Source: Candidatus Hadarchaeota archaeon (GTDB lineage: Archaea > Hadarchaeota > Hadarchaeia > Hadarchaeales > Hadarchaeaceae). From it: a stretch of 32,000 bases of DNA. Position numbers and translations under genes: made by a program. This document shows positions 1 through 8,681 of the stretch, piece after piece. Location of the stretch: the NCBI GenBank assembly GCA_964514965.1, contig CAZETV010000001.1:873063-905062 (forward strand), given 5' to 3'. How positions within the stretch are numbered: position 1 is the first letter of the stretch; the number at the start of each line of letters is the position of its first letter. Below the pieces are notes generated by a model. The model saw nothing but the letters and a program-made list of their open reading frames with translations. It ran no database searches and was not told the origin of the DNA.

Positions 1-208
1 TGTATTGCCTCAGTTTTAAGTTTTCGTCATTGTCTCAGCTACGCCGCCCGGTATTAGTGCGAGCCCGTATTAATGTCGATATGAGCTTCGACAGTTAATT
101 ATGTGGTTTAGTATATAAAAAGTAATCTTTTTTGGTGATGAGAACCAATAGGAAATGGGTGGTGAACTTATGGTGATGTTCTCCACACTTGGTATTTTGA
201 AATCTGCT

Positions 209-535
209 TTAGGTAACCCTATCTCTCGTGTAGTTCTTATCCGCTCCACTGCGCGATGTTCGAAATGCAACGATAGCAGGCTCAGAATAGCACTTGCTAG
301 GTACGCGGGGGTTAATACCAAAGTCTGCCTGAGCTGTCGCATGTACAGCTTTGTAATTGGGAGTATAATCGACATCGGACGTGTACTGTTCCGAACCTCT
401 AAGCGCGAGATGAGAAATTTTTTTAATAGTCAGACCACCCAGCGTGGGCTGGCGAGCATCGTGCGTGGAATAGCCGAGCACGGCATTACTCAGCCTCAGC
501 AGCTGGGGCGCCTTTCCTTGTGGTTTGGGATTTCA
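209..535 (-). pseudogene. Possible relic of a tyrosine-recombinase (integrase) C-terminal catalytic segment
   Basis: The minus-strand open frame reads ...RLSNAVLGYSTHDARQPTLGGLTIKKISHLALRGSEQYTSDVDYTP... By eye this resembles the box-II H-x-x-R ... L-G-H ... Y region. It is only about 100 codons, has no N-terminal half, and is overlapped by equally long ORFs in other frames. The call is weak. Confidence 0.2.
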
Positions 536-1635
536 CTCATGCCTGTAACCTCAATTGCAAACACTGTTACCAGCGAGCCAATCGTCCGCTGCCCGATGAG
601 CTCACCACCGACGAGGCCAAACGTTTAATCAAAGAACTTGCGGACGCAGATGTGGTAGCGTTAGCATTTTCTGGAGGTGAGCCGCTTATGCGCCGCGACT
701 TTTACGAGCTGGCGGCGTATGCGCGGAGCCTCGGCCTCTACGTGGCTCTAGCGACAAACGGCACGCTCATAACGAAAGAGGTGGCGAAACGGCTCAAGAA
801 GCTCGACATCTATGTAGAGATAAGTCTCGATGGTGCCAGTGCTGAGGTCCACGATGAATTTAGGGGGGTTCCGGGAATGTTTGACAGGACTATTAATGGA
901 ATAAAAAACTGTGTCGAAGTAGGCATCTACACATGCATTGCCACTACAGCTACCAAGCTCAATTTAAAAGAGATGCAAGAGACGTATGAGCTAGCCTTAT
1001 CGCTTGGGTGTAAGCGTCAAATGATTTTTAACTTTATCCCAACTGGACGCGGAGCAGAAATGTTTAACCTCGACCTTTCTCCAGATGAGCGCGAGCAGTT
1101 GCTTGAGCAGAGCTATGCCAACCTAGTTAGTGGTAGGGGGTGTGATGTTTTGGGGACTGCCCCCCAGCTTGCCCGCATTGCCTTGGAGCATGCGGAAGGA
1201 GTCGAAGGGGGCCCTCTTGTATCCGCACATTTTGCGGCTCCGGCCGACCTCGGAGAACATACGAGGCTGCTTGCCGAATTCCTAGGTGGCTGCGGTGCTG
1301 GGCGCGTTTATTGTGCGATTGAGTCGAACGGTGATGTGCTGCCCTGCGTTTTCATGCCCATCAAAGTCGGCAACATCCGCGAGAAACCCTTCCTTAAGAT
1401 ATGGCGCACCTCACAAGTGTTGCGTGATCTGCGCGACCGGAGCAAGTTAAAAGGGCATTGTGGTGAGTGCGAGTATCGCTACGCTTGCGGTGGTTGCCGC
1501 GCTCGTGCTTATGGCTATTTTGAAGATTACAACATGCCGGACCCAGGGTGCGTTAACAACTTAAAATATTGGCAGAATTTCAAAGTAAAAGTTGAGGGTG
1601 AACAACAAGTTTCTGCTGAGACGAAAGCAGCATAG
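520..1635 (+). CDS. Radical SAM / SPASM-domain protein (AhbD/NirJ-like family)
   Basis: CNLNCKHC (CxxxCxxC) lies at residues 9-16, followed by a GGEPL motif. The C-terminal SPASM region is Cys-rich (CGAGRVYCAIESNGDVLPC ... CGECEYRYACGGCRARAY). The start is GTG and is the first start after the in-frame stop at 427-429. The N-terminus is unusually short. Confidence 0.85.
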   Translation: MVWDFTHACNLNCKHCYQRANRPLPDELTTDEAKRLIKELADADVVALAFSGGEPLMRRDFYELAAYARSLGLYVALATNGTLITKEVAKRLKKLDIYVEISLDGASAEVHDEFRGVPGMFDRTINGIKNCVEVGIYTCIATTATKLNLKEMQETYELALSLGCKRQMIFNFIPTGRGAEMFNLDLSPDEREQLLEQSYANLVSGRGCDVLGTAPQLARIALEHAEGVEGGPLVSAHFAAPADLGEHTRLLAEFLGGCGAGRVYCAIESNGDVLPCVFMPIKVGNIREKPFLKIWRTSQVLRDLRDRSKLKGHCGECEYRYACGGCRARAYGYFEDYNMPDPGCVNNLKYWQNFKVKVEGEQQVSAETKAA

Positions 1636-1821
1636 CTGGAATTGGGGTTTCGAAGTTTTAAAGCGCGAAGGTTTAGTTAACATTTTCTTTATTGGGGCAA
1701 GAAGTTTACCAATTAACACCCTCTCCTGTTTAAAAGGCGAATATCTGCTAGCTCAATGCCTTGATTAACCGCGAAAAGCAACCTTCTTAACCACACTCGG
1801 ATAATGTGGGAGGGGGACGGC

Positions 1822-2364
1822 ATGGAAGAAGCCGAAATCCCTGTTGTCGAGGCCCAGTTATTTAAAGGCAAGATAATTGTCTGGGATGAGGCACAGGCGA
1901 ACCAGCTCTATCAACGAGGCTCTTACGGCAAACCTCTGAGTGGGGGAAAGCTTCAGCTCGCGCAGGTTGAGGCTCTATTCCTACTAGAAGGCGGAAAAAT
2001 TCGCGTGGTAGATGAGAACGGAAAGCAGTTGAATTTCAAAAATTTCTCGGCTAAATTTGGTGAGGGTGATTCTGAAGCGATGCTCAAGTATTCCGTGTAC
2101 GCAGACCTTCGCTCGCGCGGTTACATCATAAAAACTGGCCTGAAGTTCGGGGCGCATTTCCGCGTTTACGAGCGGGGAGAGAAGCCAGGTGAGGTGCATT
2201 CGAAGTTTTTAGTACACGCGGTGCCTGAAGGGATAAAGTTCACACCTACCGAAATCGCGCGCGCGGTTCGACTCGCACACAGCGTCCACAAAAAAATTTT
2301 ATGGGCGGTCGTAGACGATGAAGGGGATATCACCTACTACGCACTAACCCGTGAGAGGCCTTGA
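1822..2364 (+). CDS. endA: tRNA-splicing (intron) endonuclease, homotetramer-type
   Basis: LKFGAHFRVYERG...VHSKFLVHAV...HSVHKK matches the catalytic Tyr/His/Lys region of archaeal EndA, and the protein is about 180 aa. GGAGG lies 8 nt upstream of ATG 1822. The ORF-track start at 1804 lacks an SD. Confidence 0.9.
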   Translation: MEEAEIPVVEAQLFKGKIIVWDEAQANQLYQRGSYGKPLSGGKLQLAQVEALFLLEGGKIRVVDENGKQLNFKNFSAKFGEGDSEAMLKYSVYADLRSRGYIIKTGLKFGAHFRVYERGEKPGEVHSKFLVHAVPEGIKFTPTEIARAVRLAHSVHKKILWAVVDDEGDITYYALTRERP

Positions 2365-2366
2365 AA

Positions 2367-3473
2367 ATGCCAGTTCGAATCGACCCTTGGGGATCGGCGA
2401 TGCCTAAAGACTACTTGAGGCTGATGAGCGAATTCGGCATCGAGCCGGTTGAGGGGCTGCTTGCGCAAATACTTAGGCCACACTATCTTATGCGTCGCGG
2501 GATCATCTTCGGCCACCGCGACTTCGGACGGGTGCTTAATGCAATACTCAAGACGGAGAAGTTTGCGGTGATGACGGGGCTCATGCCGAGCGGCCGGATG
2601 CACGTCGGCCACAAGCTAGTCATAGACCAGCTTGCGTGGTATCAACAACGGGGTGCGGACATCTATTTGTGTGTTGCAGACCTCGAGGCGTATTCAGCGC
2701 GAGGTGTTTCTTTTGAGGAGTCGAAGAAAATTGCCGCGGAAGAGTACCTCGCCAACTACCAAGCGCTCGGGCTGGACGTAGAGCGTTGCCATGTTTACTT
2801 TCAATCTCGTAGTGATGTAGTTCGCCATCTCGCGTTCGTCCTAGCTAAAAAGGTTAACTTCAGCGAGATGCGTGCAATCTACGGCTTTGCGAGCGAATCA
2901 AATATCTCCCACATTTTTTACCCGATGATTGATGTCGCGGATATCCTGCACCCGCAACTGGAGGAGTTTGGCGGCCCCCGTCCGACTGTCGTTCCGGTTG
3001 GCGTCGATCAGGATCCACACCTTAGACTAGCGCGGGACGTGGCGGCTCGTTTCCAGCGGGATTTCGATTTCGTGCTTCCTTCATCAACTTATCATCGTCT
3101 TCTGCCTGGATTGACCGGAGAGAAGATGTCGAGCAGTAAACCCGAGACAGCGATTTTCCTGACAGATAGTTCTGATGAAATGAAGAAAAAAATAAAAGAT
3201 GCTTTCACCGGCGGTAGGCCAACGGCAACGGAGCAACGGAAGCATGGAGGCGCCCCGGACAAGTGCATGGTTTACGAACTATACGTTTACCACCTCATAC
3301 CTGATGATAAAAAGCTCCTAGATCTACGGGAGGCGTGCAAATCTGGAGCGATAATTTGCGGCGATTGTAAATTGCGGGCAATCGAACTAATGGCAGAGTT
3401 CTTAAAGATGCATCAAGCTAAGCGGGAGCGTTCTGAAGCCAGAGCGAAGAAACTTGTAGATAAAATTTATTGA
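2367..3473 (+). CDS. trpS: Tryptophanyl-tRNA synthetase (archaeal/eukaryotic type)
   Basis: The N-terminus IDPWGS...DY.RLMSEFGIEP is typical of archaeal TrpRS. The HIGH-type motif is PSGRMHVGH and the KMSKS-type motif is KMSSSKP. The gene abuts or overlaps the endA stop; an alternative TTG at 2361 overlaps the TGA. Confidence 0.9.
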   Translation: MPVRIDPWGSAMPKDYLRLMSEFGIEPVEGLLAQILRPHYLMRRGIIFGHRDFGRVLNAILKTEKFAVMTGLMPSGRMHVGHKLVIDQLAWYQQRGADIYLCVADLEAYSARGVSFEESKKIAAEEYLANYQALGLDVERCHVYFQSRSDVVRHLAFVLAKKVNFSEMRAIYGFASESNISHIFYPMIDVADILHPQLEEFGGPRPTVVPVGVDQDPHLRLARDVAARFQRDFDFVLPSSTYHRLLPGLTGEKMSSSKPETAIFLTDSSDEMKKKIKDAFTGGRPTATEQRKHGGAPDKCMVYELYVYHLIPDDKKLLDLREACKSGAIICGDCKLRAIELMAEFLKMHQAKRERSEARAKKLVDKIY

Positions 3474-3595
3474 GCGTCCACTATTGGTGCGAAAAATTTA
3501 AGTGTTAGGTGGCTAAATATCACTTATGAACGATTAAGCGCTTGGTTTAGCTAATTCATGAAGAAAATGAATATCAAGCGCAGTTGTTCAAGGTG

Positions 3596-4951
3596 ATGAA
3601 GACGAAGGTAATGTTGATATTGCCACCCTCTAAATCTGCGATTCAATCGACGCTGGGAGTAACAGGACCTCCTTTAGGACTTGGATATTTGGCTTCGGTA
3701 TTAGAGAGCAATGGGCACGAAGTGAGAATAATAGACTCGTTGGCAATGGATTATGGTCTAGCCGATGTTAAGAGAGCTATTCAAAAGTTCGATCCGGGAC
3801 TCGTGGGCATCACTGCGACAACTCCGGCCATTTACGACGCGTATGGTATCGCGAGAACAGTGAAAGAAGAGAATCCCGATTGCAGAACTATTCTTGGAGG
3901 CCCTCATGCAACATTCATGGCGAGAGAAACACTGGAAGAGTGCCCACAGGTTGAAGTAGTGGTGAAGGGAGAGGGGGAACAAACGGTAGTAGAGCTCGCG
4001 TCGGGAAAGAAATTGAGGACGATGAGAGGAATAGCGTTTCGAAAAAACGACAAGGTGGAGGAGAACGAAAAAAGAGAATTCGTGAAAAATCTGGATGAAA
4101 TACCTTTTCCTGCGTACCACTTACTTCCGATGGAGAAATATAAGATGAGAGACATCAAATTCGCGACGATGGTCACCAGCCGTGGTTGCCCTTTCAGATG
4201 TGTTTTTTGTTCATCTTCGAAGCTATGCGGTAAGATATGGAGGGGGAGGAGCCCAGAAAACGTTTTGGAGGAGATAAAGCTACTGAGGGAGAAATACGGA
4301 GTGAGGGAGATAGAGTTTCTTGATGACACTTTCACTCTCAACAAAGAAAGGACTAAAGCGCTCTGCGCTCTGATTCGGAAGGAAAAGGTTGATATCACCT
4401 GGAGCTGTTCTTCTCGCGTGGATACCATCAACGAGGAGCTGGCGACAGAACTGAAGGAAGCCGGGTGCCACAGCGTTTATTTGGGGATTGAATCCGGCTC
4501 GCAGCGAAGCCTGAATTTTCTTAAAAAGGGAATAAACCTCAAACAGGCAAAAAAGGCATTAAAAATTTTAAAAAATTTGAAGTTAAACACAGTATCGACG
4601 TTCATCATAGGTATCCCTGGAGAAACGGTGAAAGCGATCGATAAAACAATAAATTTTGCTAAAAAGCTCAATCCCACACTCGCCCAATTCACAATATTGA
4701 CCCCATATCCTGGTACCGAAATTTACGAGTTCGCGCGGAGAAACAACCTTCTCTTGACGAGGGATTGGTTAAAGTACACAACTTTAGACCCAGTGATTAA
4801 ACTTCCCCGGTTCACTACACAGAAGCTCAAGGGTCTTTTGAGGAAAGCTTATATGAGTTTTTATTGTCAGCCATCTAAGATTTTTAAGATTTTCAGATGG
4901 GGCGGGTTCTCTTTGTTGAAGTCGCTGGGAAAAGTCAAGGAATATTATTAA
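3596..4951 (+). CDS. B12-binding-domain radical SAM protein (class B rSAM, COG1032-like)
   Basis: The N-terminal Rossmann-like B12-binding region reads VMLILPP...GLGYLASVLE..GHEVRIID...VGITATT. The rSAM core is SRGCPFRCVFCSS. GC is much lower than in the flanking genes. The start is uncertain: TTG 3584, GTG 3593, ATG 3596 or ATG 3611. Confidence 0.85.
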   Translation: MKTKVMLILPPSKSAIQSTLGVTGPPLGLGYLASVLESNGHEVRIIDSLAMDYGLADVKRAIQKFDPGLVGITATTPAIYDAYGIARTVKEENPDCRTILGGPHATFMARETLEECPQVEVVVKGEGEQTVVELASGKKLRTMRGIAFRKNDKVEENEKREFVKNLDEIPFPAYHLLPMEKYKMRDIKFATMVTSRGCPFRCVFCSSSKLCGKIWRGRSPENVLEEIKLLREKYGVREIEFLDDTFTLNKERTKALCALIRKEKVDITWSCSSRVDTINEELATELKEAGCHSVYLGIESGSQRSLNFLKKGINLKQAKKALKILKNLKLNTVSTFIIGIPGETVKAIDKTINFAKKLNPTLAQFTILTPYPGTEIYEFARRNNLLLTRDWLKYTTLDPVIKLPRFTTQKLKGLLRKAYMSFYCQPSKIFKIFRWGGFSLLKSLGKVKEYY

Positions 4952-4973
4952 ATTTTCGCCTCATCGCCGCATG

Positions 4974-4995
4974 TTTTTTCGACTTGGCATTTTTT
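4974..4995 (+). terminator. Two oligo-T tracts (T6 at 4974-4979 and T6 at 4990-4995), archaeal-type terminator candidates
   Basis: The T6 runs lie 23 and 39 nt after the stop codon of the B12-rSAM gene, in a convergent intergenic spacer. Confidence 0.5.
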
Positions 4996-5069
4996 GCTTA
5001 TTGAGACATACCAAAAGGCAAGAGTATGTGTCAACATCGCCCACATTTCGAAATTGCATACTTGTCAAT

Positions 5070-6449
5070 TCATTCACTCGGGTGCAGATACTTCTCAATA
5101 AACTTTGGGTCGATGCGCTTCAACTCGGTCGTAGGCAGCGTGCGCAGAAGTTCCCATCCTAGGTTGAGCGTGGTCTCTATTGTGCGGTCTTCGTCCCGGC
5201 GCTGGTTCACAAACTCCCGCTCGAATCTGTCGGCGAAACTCAGATAGCGGCGGTCTCGCTCGGTCAACGCCTCCTCTCCAACAACCGCAACTAATGCTCG
5301 AAGGTCCTTGCCCTCAGCGTAAGCTGCATAGAGTTGGTTTGAGACATCGCTGTGATCCTCCCGCGTGTGCCCTTCGCCTATTCCATCCTTCATGAGCCTT
5401 GAGAGCGAGGGTAAGACGTTGATTGGCGGGTAAATACCTCTGCGATGGAGCTCACGATCCATGACTAGCTGTCCTTCAGTGATGTAGCCTGTGAGGTCAG
5501 GAATCGGATGGGTGATGTCGTCGCCCGGCATGGTCAAGATCGGCATTTGGGTCACCGAGCCCTTCTTTTTCCCTATTCTCCCCGCTCGCTCGTACATCGT
5601 TGCAAGGTCCGTGTACAAGTATCCGGGATAGCCCCGCCTTCCTGGTACCTCGCTTCGGGCAGCGGAAATCTCTCGCAGTGCCTCGCAGTAGTTTGTCATG
5701 TCTACCAAGATAACCAGCACATGCATTCCTTGGGTGAAAGCGAAGTACTCGGCAGTCGTCAGGGCCAAGCGCGGCGTGAGGATGCGCTCGATGGCGGGGT
5801 CGCTGGCAAGATTCAAGAACACGGTCGCCCGCTCCAGCGCGCCCGTTCGCTCGAAGTCGTGAGTGAAGAATGCTGCCTCTTCGTGTGTTATCCCCATCCC
5901 GCAAAAAATTACGCAGAACTTTTCCTCCTCGCCAAGCACCTTCGCCTGCCTAGCGATTTGCGCGGCGAGTTCGTTGTGGGGTAAACCAGAGCCCGAGAAG
6001 ATGGGCAACTTTTGGCCCCGGACGAGCGTGTTCATGCCGTCGATTGATGATACGCCAGTCTGAATGAACTCGCTAGGGTACTCCCTTGCAGCAGGATTTA
6101 TCGGGGCCCCGTGCACATCCCACTCGTCCTCAAAAATCGGTTTGGGCCCGCCATCTATGGGTTCGCCGCGCCCGCTAAAAATTCTGCCGAGTAACTCTAG
6201 CCCGACGCCGAACTTGATGGTTTCGCCCGTGAATCGAACGCGGGTTTTGAAAGTGTCTATGCCGCTCGTGCCCTCGTAGACCTGCACTACAGCGCGATTC
6301 TCGTAGGCGTCCAGCACTTGCCCGTGTTTTGTTTCTCCATCGGGCGTGGTCACCTCCACGACCTCCTCGTAGGCAATGCCGCTCACGCCCTCGACTACAA
6401 TCAGTGGGCCAGAAACTTCTGCAACAGTTAAATATTCACGACTCTTCAT
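5070..6449 (-). CDS. atpB: A-type ATP synthase subunit B
   Basis: [21 protein letters not shown]... aligns over its full length by eye with archaeal AtpB (for example ...[15 protein letters not shown]..., ...[30 protein letters not shown]...). ATG 6449 matches the N-termini of homologs. The ORF track extends to GTG 6473, which overlaps atpA. Confidence 0.97.
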   Translation of the reverse strand: MKSREYLTVAEVSGPLIVVEGVSGIAYEEVVEVTTPDGETKHGQVLDAYENRAVVQVYEGTSGIDTFKTRVRFTGETIKFGVGLELLGRIFSGRGEPIDGGPKPIFEDEWDVHGAPINPAAREYPSEFIQTGVSSIDGMNTLVRGQKLPIFSGSGLPHNELAAQIARQAKVLGEEEKFCVIFCGMGITHEEAAFFTHDFERTGALERATVFLNLASDPAIERILTPRLALTTAEYFAFTQGMHVLVILVDMTNYCEALREISAARSEVPGRRGYPGYLYTDLATMYERAGRIGKKKGSVTQMPILTMPGDDITHPIPDLTGYITEGQLVMDRELHRRGIYPPINVLPSLSRLMKDGIGEGHTREDHSDVSNQLYAAYAEGKDLRALVAVVGEEALTERDRRYLSFADRFEREFVNQRRDEDRTIETTLNLGWELLRTLPTTELKRIDPKFIEKYLHPSE

Positions 6450-6453
6450 GGTC

Positions 6454-8283
6454 TCACTTTTCATTCTTTTCACCTTCGGTTTTTGGTGCTTTCATTTTTT
6501 GCATTAGCTCTTCGAACTGTTTCTTTAGCTGTTTTCCCAAATTTTCCCGCTCTTTCATAAATTTTTCCACGGGAATTCGTTTCATGCCTGCGATGTTCTC
6601 CTTAATCGGCAGCTTTTTAATTTCTTCTACCGAGACACCCCGTCGCGCTGCTTCCACGGAGTTGTGATAGAAATCGAGTACTAGTTTGAGCATCCCGAGT
6701 TGCTTCTCGACAGGGCAATGGGTGTCGACTTCGTGGAAGGCGAATTGTTGAAGAAAGTCCTCCCGCATCATCCGTGCGGATTCTAACACGGCTCTCTCAG
6801 GCTCGGGGAGAGCGTCAGGCCCAACGAGCTTCACGATTTCATCTAGCTCGGCCTCCTTCTGGAGCATAGCGATCGATTCATCGCGTAAGGTCTTCCAGTC
6901 CTCGCCGAGCTTTTGTTTCCACCACTCGCGGACGTTGTCTACATAGAGAGAGTAGCTATTGAGCCAGTGGATGGCTGGGAAGTGGCGCCGGTCGGCCAGC
7001 CCCGTGTCGAGCGCCCAGAATACCTTGACAATGCGGAGCGTGTTTTGTGAAACGGGCTCCGAAAGGTCGCCTCCGGGCGGGGATACGGCGCCAAGTACTG
7101 TCACGGAGCCGAAGCGCTCATCGTTGCCGAGTGTCTGCACGCGGCCAGCTCTTTCATAGAATTCCGCCAGTCTAGAGGCTAAATATGCGGGGAAGCCCTC
7201 CTCGCCCGGCATCTCCTCCAATCGCCCGGAAATCTCACGCATCGCTTCGGCCCATCGCGAGGTGGAGTCGGCCATCAGCGCTACATCGTAGCCCATGTCT
7301 CGGAAGTACTCGGCGATGGTTATCCCCGTGTAGACGCTCGCCTCGCGTGCGGCCACGGGCATGTTTGAGGTGTTAGCGATGAGTGTGGTTCGCGCCATAA
7401 GCGACTCGTCGCTACGCGGGTCCTTCAACTTGGGGAAGTGCACTAGCACATCACACATCTCGTTGCCCCGCTCGCCGCAGCCCACGTAAACGACCACGTC
7501 TGCGGCTGCCCATTTCGCGAATTGGTGAAGCATAACAGTTTTACCCGTGCCGAAGCCTCCGGGGATTGCTGCCGTACCCCCTTTCGCGATTGGGAAGAAA
7601 GTGTCGGTGATACGCTGCCCAGAAATTAGCGGCTCATTCGGGTCGAACTTCTCCTTAAATGGCCTCACCTGCCGTACAGGCCAAGTTTGCATCATCGCAA
7701 CATCTCGCTTGCCATCGGCGGTCTCGATGGTGGCGATGATATCCTCGATTGTGTGCCCGCCATCTGCTAGCTCTGAGATTTTTCCGTTCACGCCTGGGGG
7801 AACCAAAATTCGGTGTTCGACAAGCTTGCTCTCATTGACGGTTCCGAGTACATCACCCTCTACGACCTCCGCGCCTCGCTTGGTTTTTGGCACGAACTCC
7901 CACTTCTTATCACGCGGCAGGGCATGGGCGAAGACGCCTCGCTTTATCATATCCCCGACTTTCGTCTGGATGATCGTGAGCGGTCGTTGCGTTCCATCAT
8001 AAATCGCGCCGATGAGCCCGGGTCCAAGCTCTACAGAGAGAGGCTTTCCAGTGCCTTCGACTTTCTCGCTCGGTTTTATGCCCGAGGTCTCCTCATATAC
8101 CTGAATCATTGCACGATCTTCAGTCAGGCCAATTATTTCTCCCATCAGGCCCTCCTCGCCAACCTTAACGAGTTCATACATCTCCGATCCTTTCATACCA
8201 TCAGCGATAACTACGGGCCCAGTAATCCGGATGATCTTTCCCAACCAAACCCCCCGAACTATAGCTATGATTGGTGGCTTCAC
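6454..8283 (-). CDS. atpA: A-type ATP synthase catalytic subunit A
   Basis: The Walker A motif is GPFGTGKT-like ([10 protein letters not shown]). Also present are GCGERGNEM and the conserved block ...[63 protein letters not shown]... No intein-sized insertion is present. The true start may be TTG 8244 ([12 protein letters not shown]). Confidence 0.97.
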   Translation of the reverse strand: MKPPIIAIVRGVWLGKIIRITGPVVIADGMKGSEMYELVKVGEEGLMGEIIGLTEDRAMIQVYEETSGIKPSEKVEGTGKPLSVELGPGLIGAIYDGTQRPLTIIQTKVGDMIKRGVFAHALPRDKKWEFVPKTKRGAEVVEGDVLGTVNESKLVEHRILVPPGVNGKISELADGGHTIEDIIATIETADGKRDVAMMQTWPVRQVRPFKEKFDPNEPLISGQRITDTFFPIAKGGTAAIPGGFGTGKTVMLHQFAKWAAADVVVYVGCGERGNEMCDVLVHFPKLKDPRSDESLMARTTLIANTSNMPVAAREASVYTGITIAEYFRDMGYDVALMADSTSRWAEAMREISGRLEEMPGEEGFPAYLASRLAEFYERAGRVQTLGNDERFGSVTVLGAVSPPGGDLSEPVSQNTLRIVKVFWALDTGLADRRHFPAIHWLNSYSLYVDNVREWWKQKLGEDWKTLRDESIAMLQKEAELDEIVKLVGPDALPEPERAVLESARMMREDFLQQFAFHEVDTHCPVEKQLGMLKLVLDFYHNSVEAARRGVSVEEIKKLPIKENIAGMKRIPVEKFMKERENLGKQLKKQFEELMQKMKAPKTEGEKNEK

Positions 8284-8369
8284 TTTTATGAATATCTTTC
8301 CTGAGATAAGAAACTTTTATTGGTACCACTTCTAATTTAATTTGATGCTGTACACTGGGCGGGAGCTAA
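8284..8369. promoter_or_regulatory. Divergent control region between atpA(-) and atpH(+)
   Basis: This 86-nt A/T-rich spacer carries several TATA-like elements (cttttatg, acttttattgg, aatttaatttg). GGGAG lies 4 nt before the atpH GTG. Confidence 0.45.
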
Positions 8370-8681
8370 GTGGTCGAGGAAAGTCTTCGCGCGATTTTTG
8401 AAGCAGAGAAAAAAGCAAGGGAGCAAGTTGAAGCGGCACAGCGAGAAGCTGCAACCCTCCTCGAATCCACTCGAAATGAAGTTCAGAGAATAAAGGAGAG
8501 TGCAAAGAATGAGGCGGAATCAAAGGCAGAAAAAGTGATCGGGGAATCTAGGAAAAAGGCAGAAGTAGATTTGCAGAAGCTGCTGGTGAAAAATCGCAAA
8601 GAGATCCAGACGATAGAGAAAAAAGCTAGGGCGAGACACACGGAGGCGGTCAAGCTAGTTCTGGATGTTATTCTCAGGTGA
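8370..8681 (+). CDS. atpH: A-type ATP synthase subunit H (peripheral stalk, V-type G homolog)
   Basis: The 103-aa protein is Glu/Lys/Ala-rich and coiled-coil in character (AEKKAREQVEAAQREA...). It sits immediately upstream of atpI, in the canonical first position of the operon. An SD GGGAG precedes the GTG start. Confidence 0.7.
   Translation: MVEESLRAIFEAEKKAREQVEAAQREAATLLESTRNEVQRIKESAKNEAESKAEKVIGESRKKAEVDLQKLLVKNRKEIQTIEKKARARHTEAVKLVLDVILR

Noticed and set aside
133-207. Two GTGATG(A) motifs (about 135-141 and 173-179) that look like the C and C' boxes of an archaeal C/D-box sRNA
   Set aside because: No CUGA D' or D box lies at the required distance of about 12 nt after either motif (the sequences there are aatg and gtat). 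There are no terminal complementary ends either.
155-628. A 157-aa plus-strand ORF running into the radical-SAM gene
   Set aside because: It overlaps the well-supported rSAM frame out of frame. It has no SD and no recognisable motif, and it competes with two equally long antisense ORFs, so it is probably spurious.
3558-3596. A 12-codon uORF (MKKMNIKRSCSR) whose TGA overlaps ATG 3596 of the B12-rSAM gene, considered as a possible leader or RiPP precursor peptide
   Set aside because: It is too short and has no SD. It shows no leader/core organisation and I cannot assess its conservation. Chance occurrence in an AT-rich spacer is likely. It is worth a glance only if it proves conserved in orthologous loci.
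6454-8283. AtpA is 609 aa, somewhat long, so I checked for an intein or inserted domain
   Set aside because: The conserved blocks are contiguous from Walker A through the C-terminal helical domain. The extra length comes from a possibly over-extended N-terminus and a short Lys/Glu-rich C-terminal tail.
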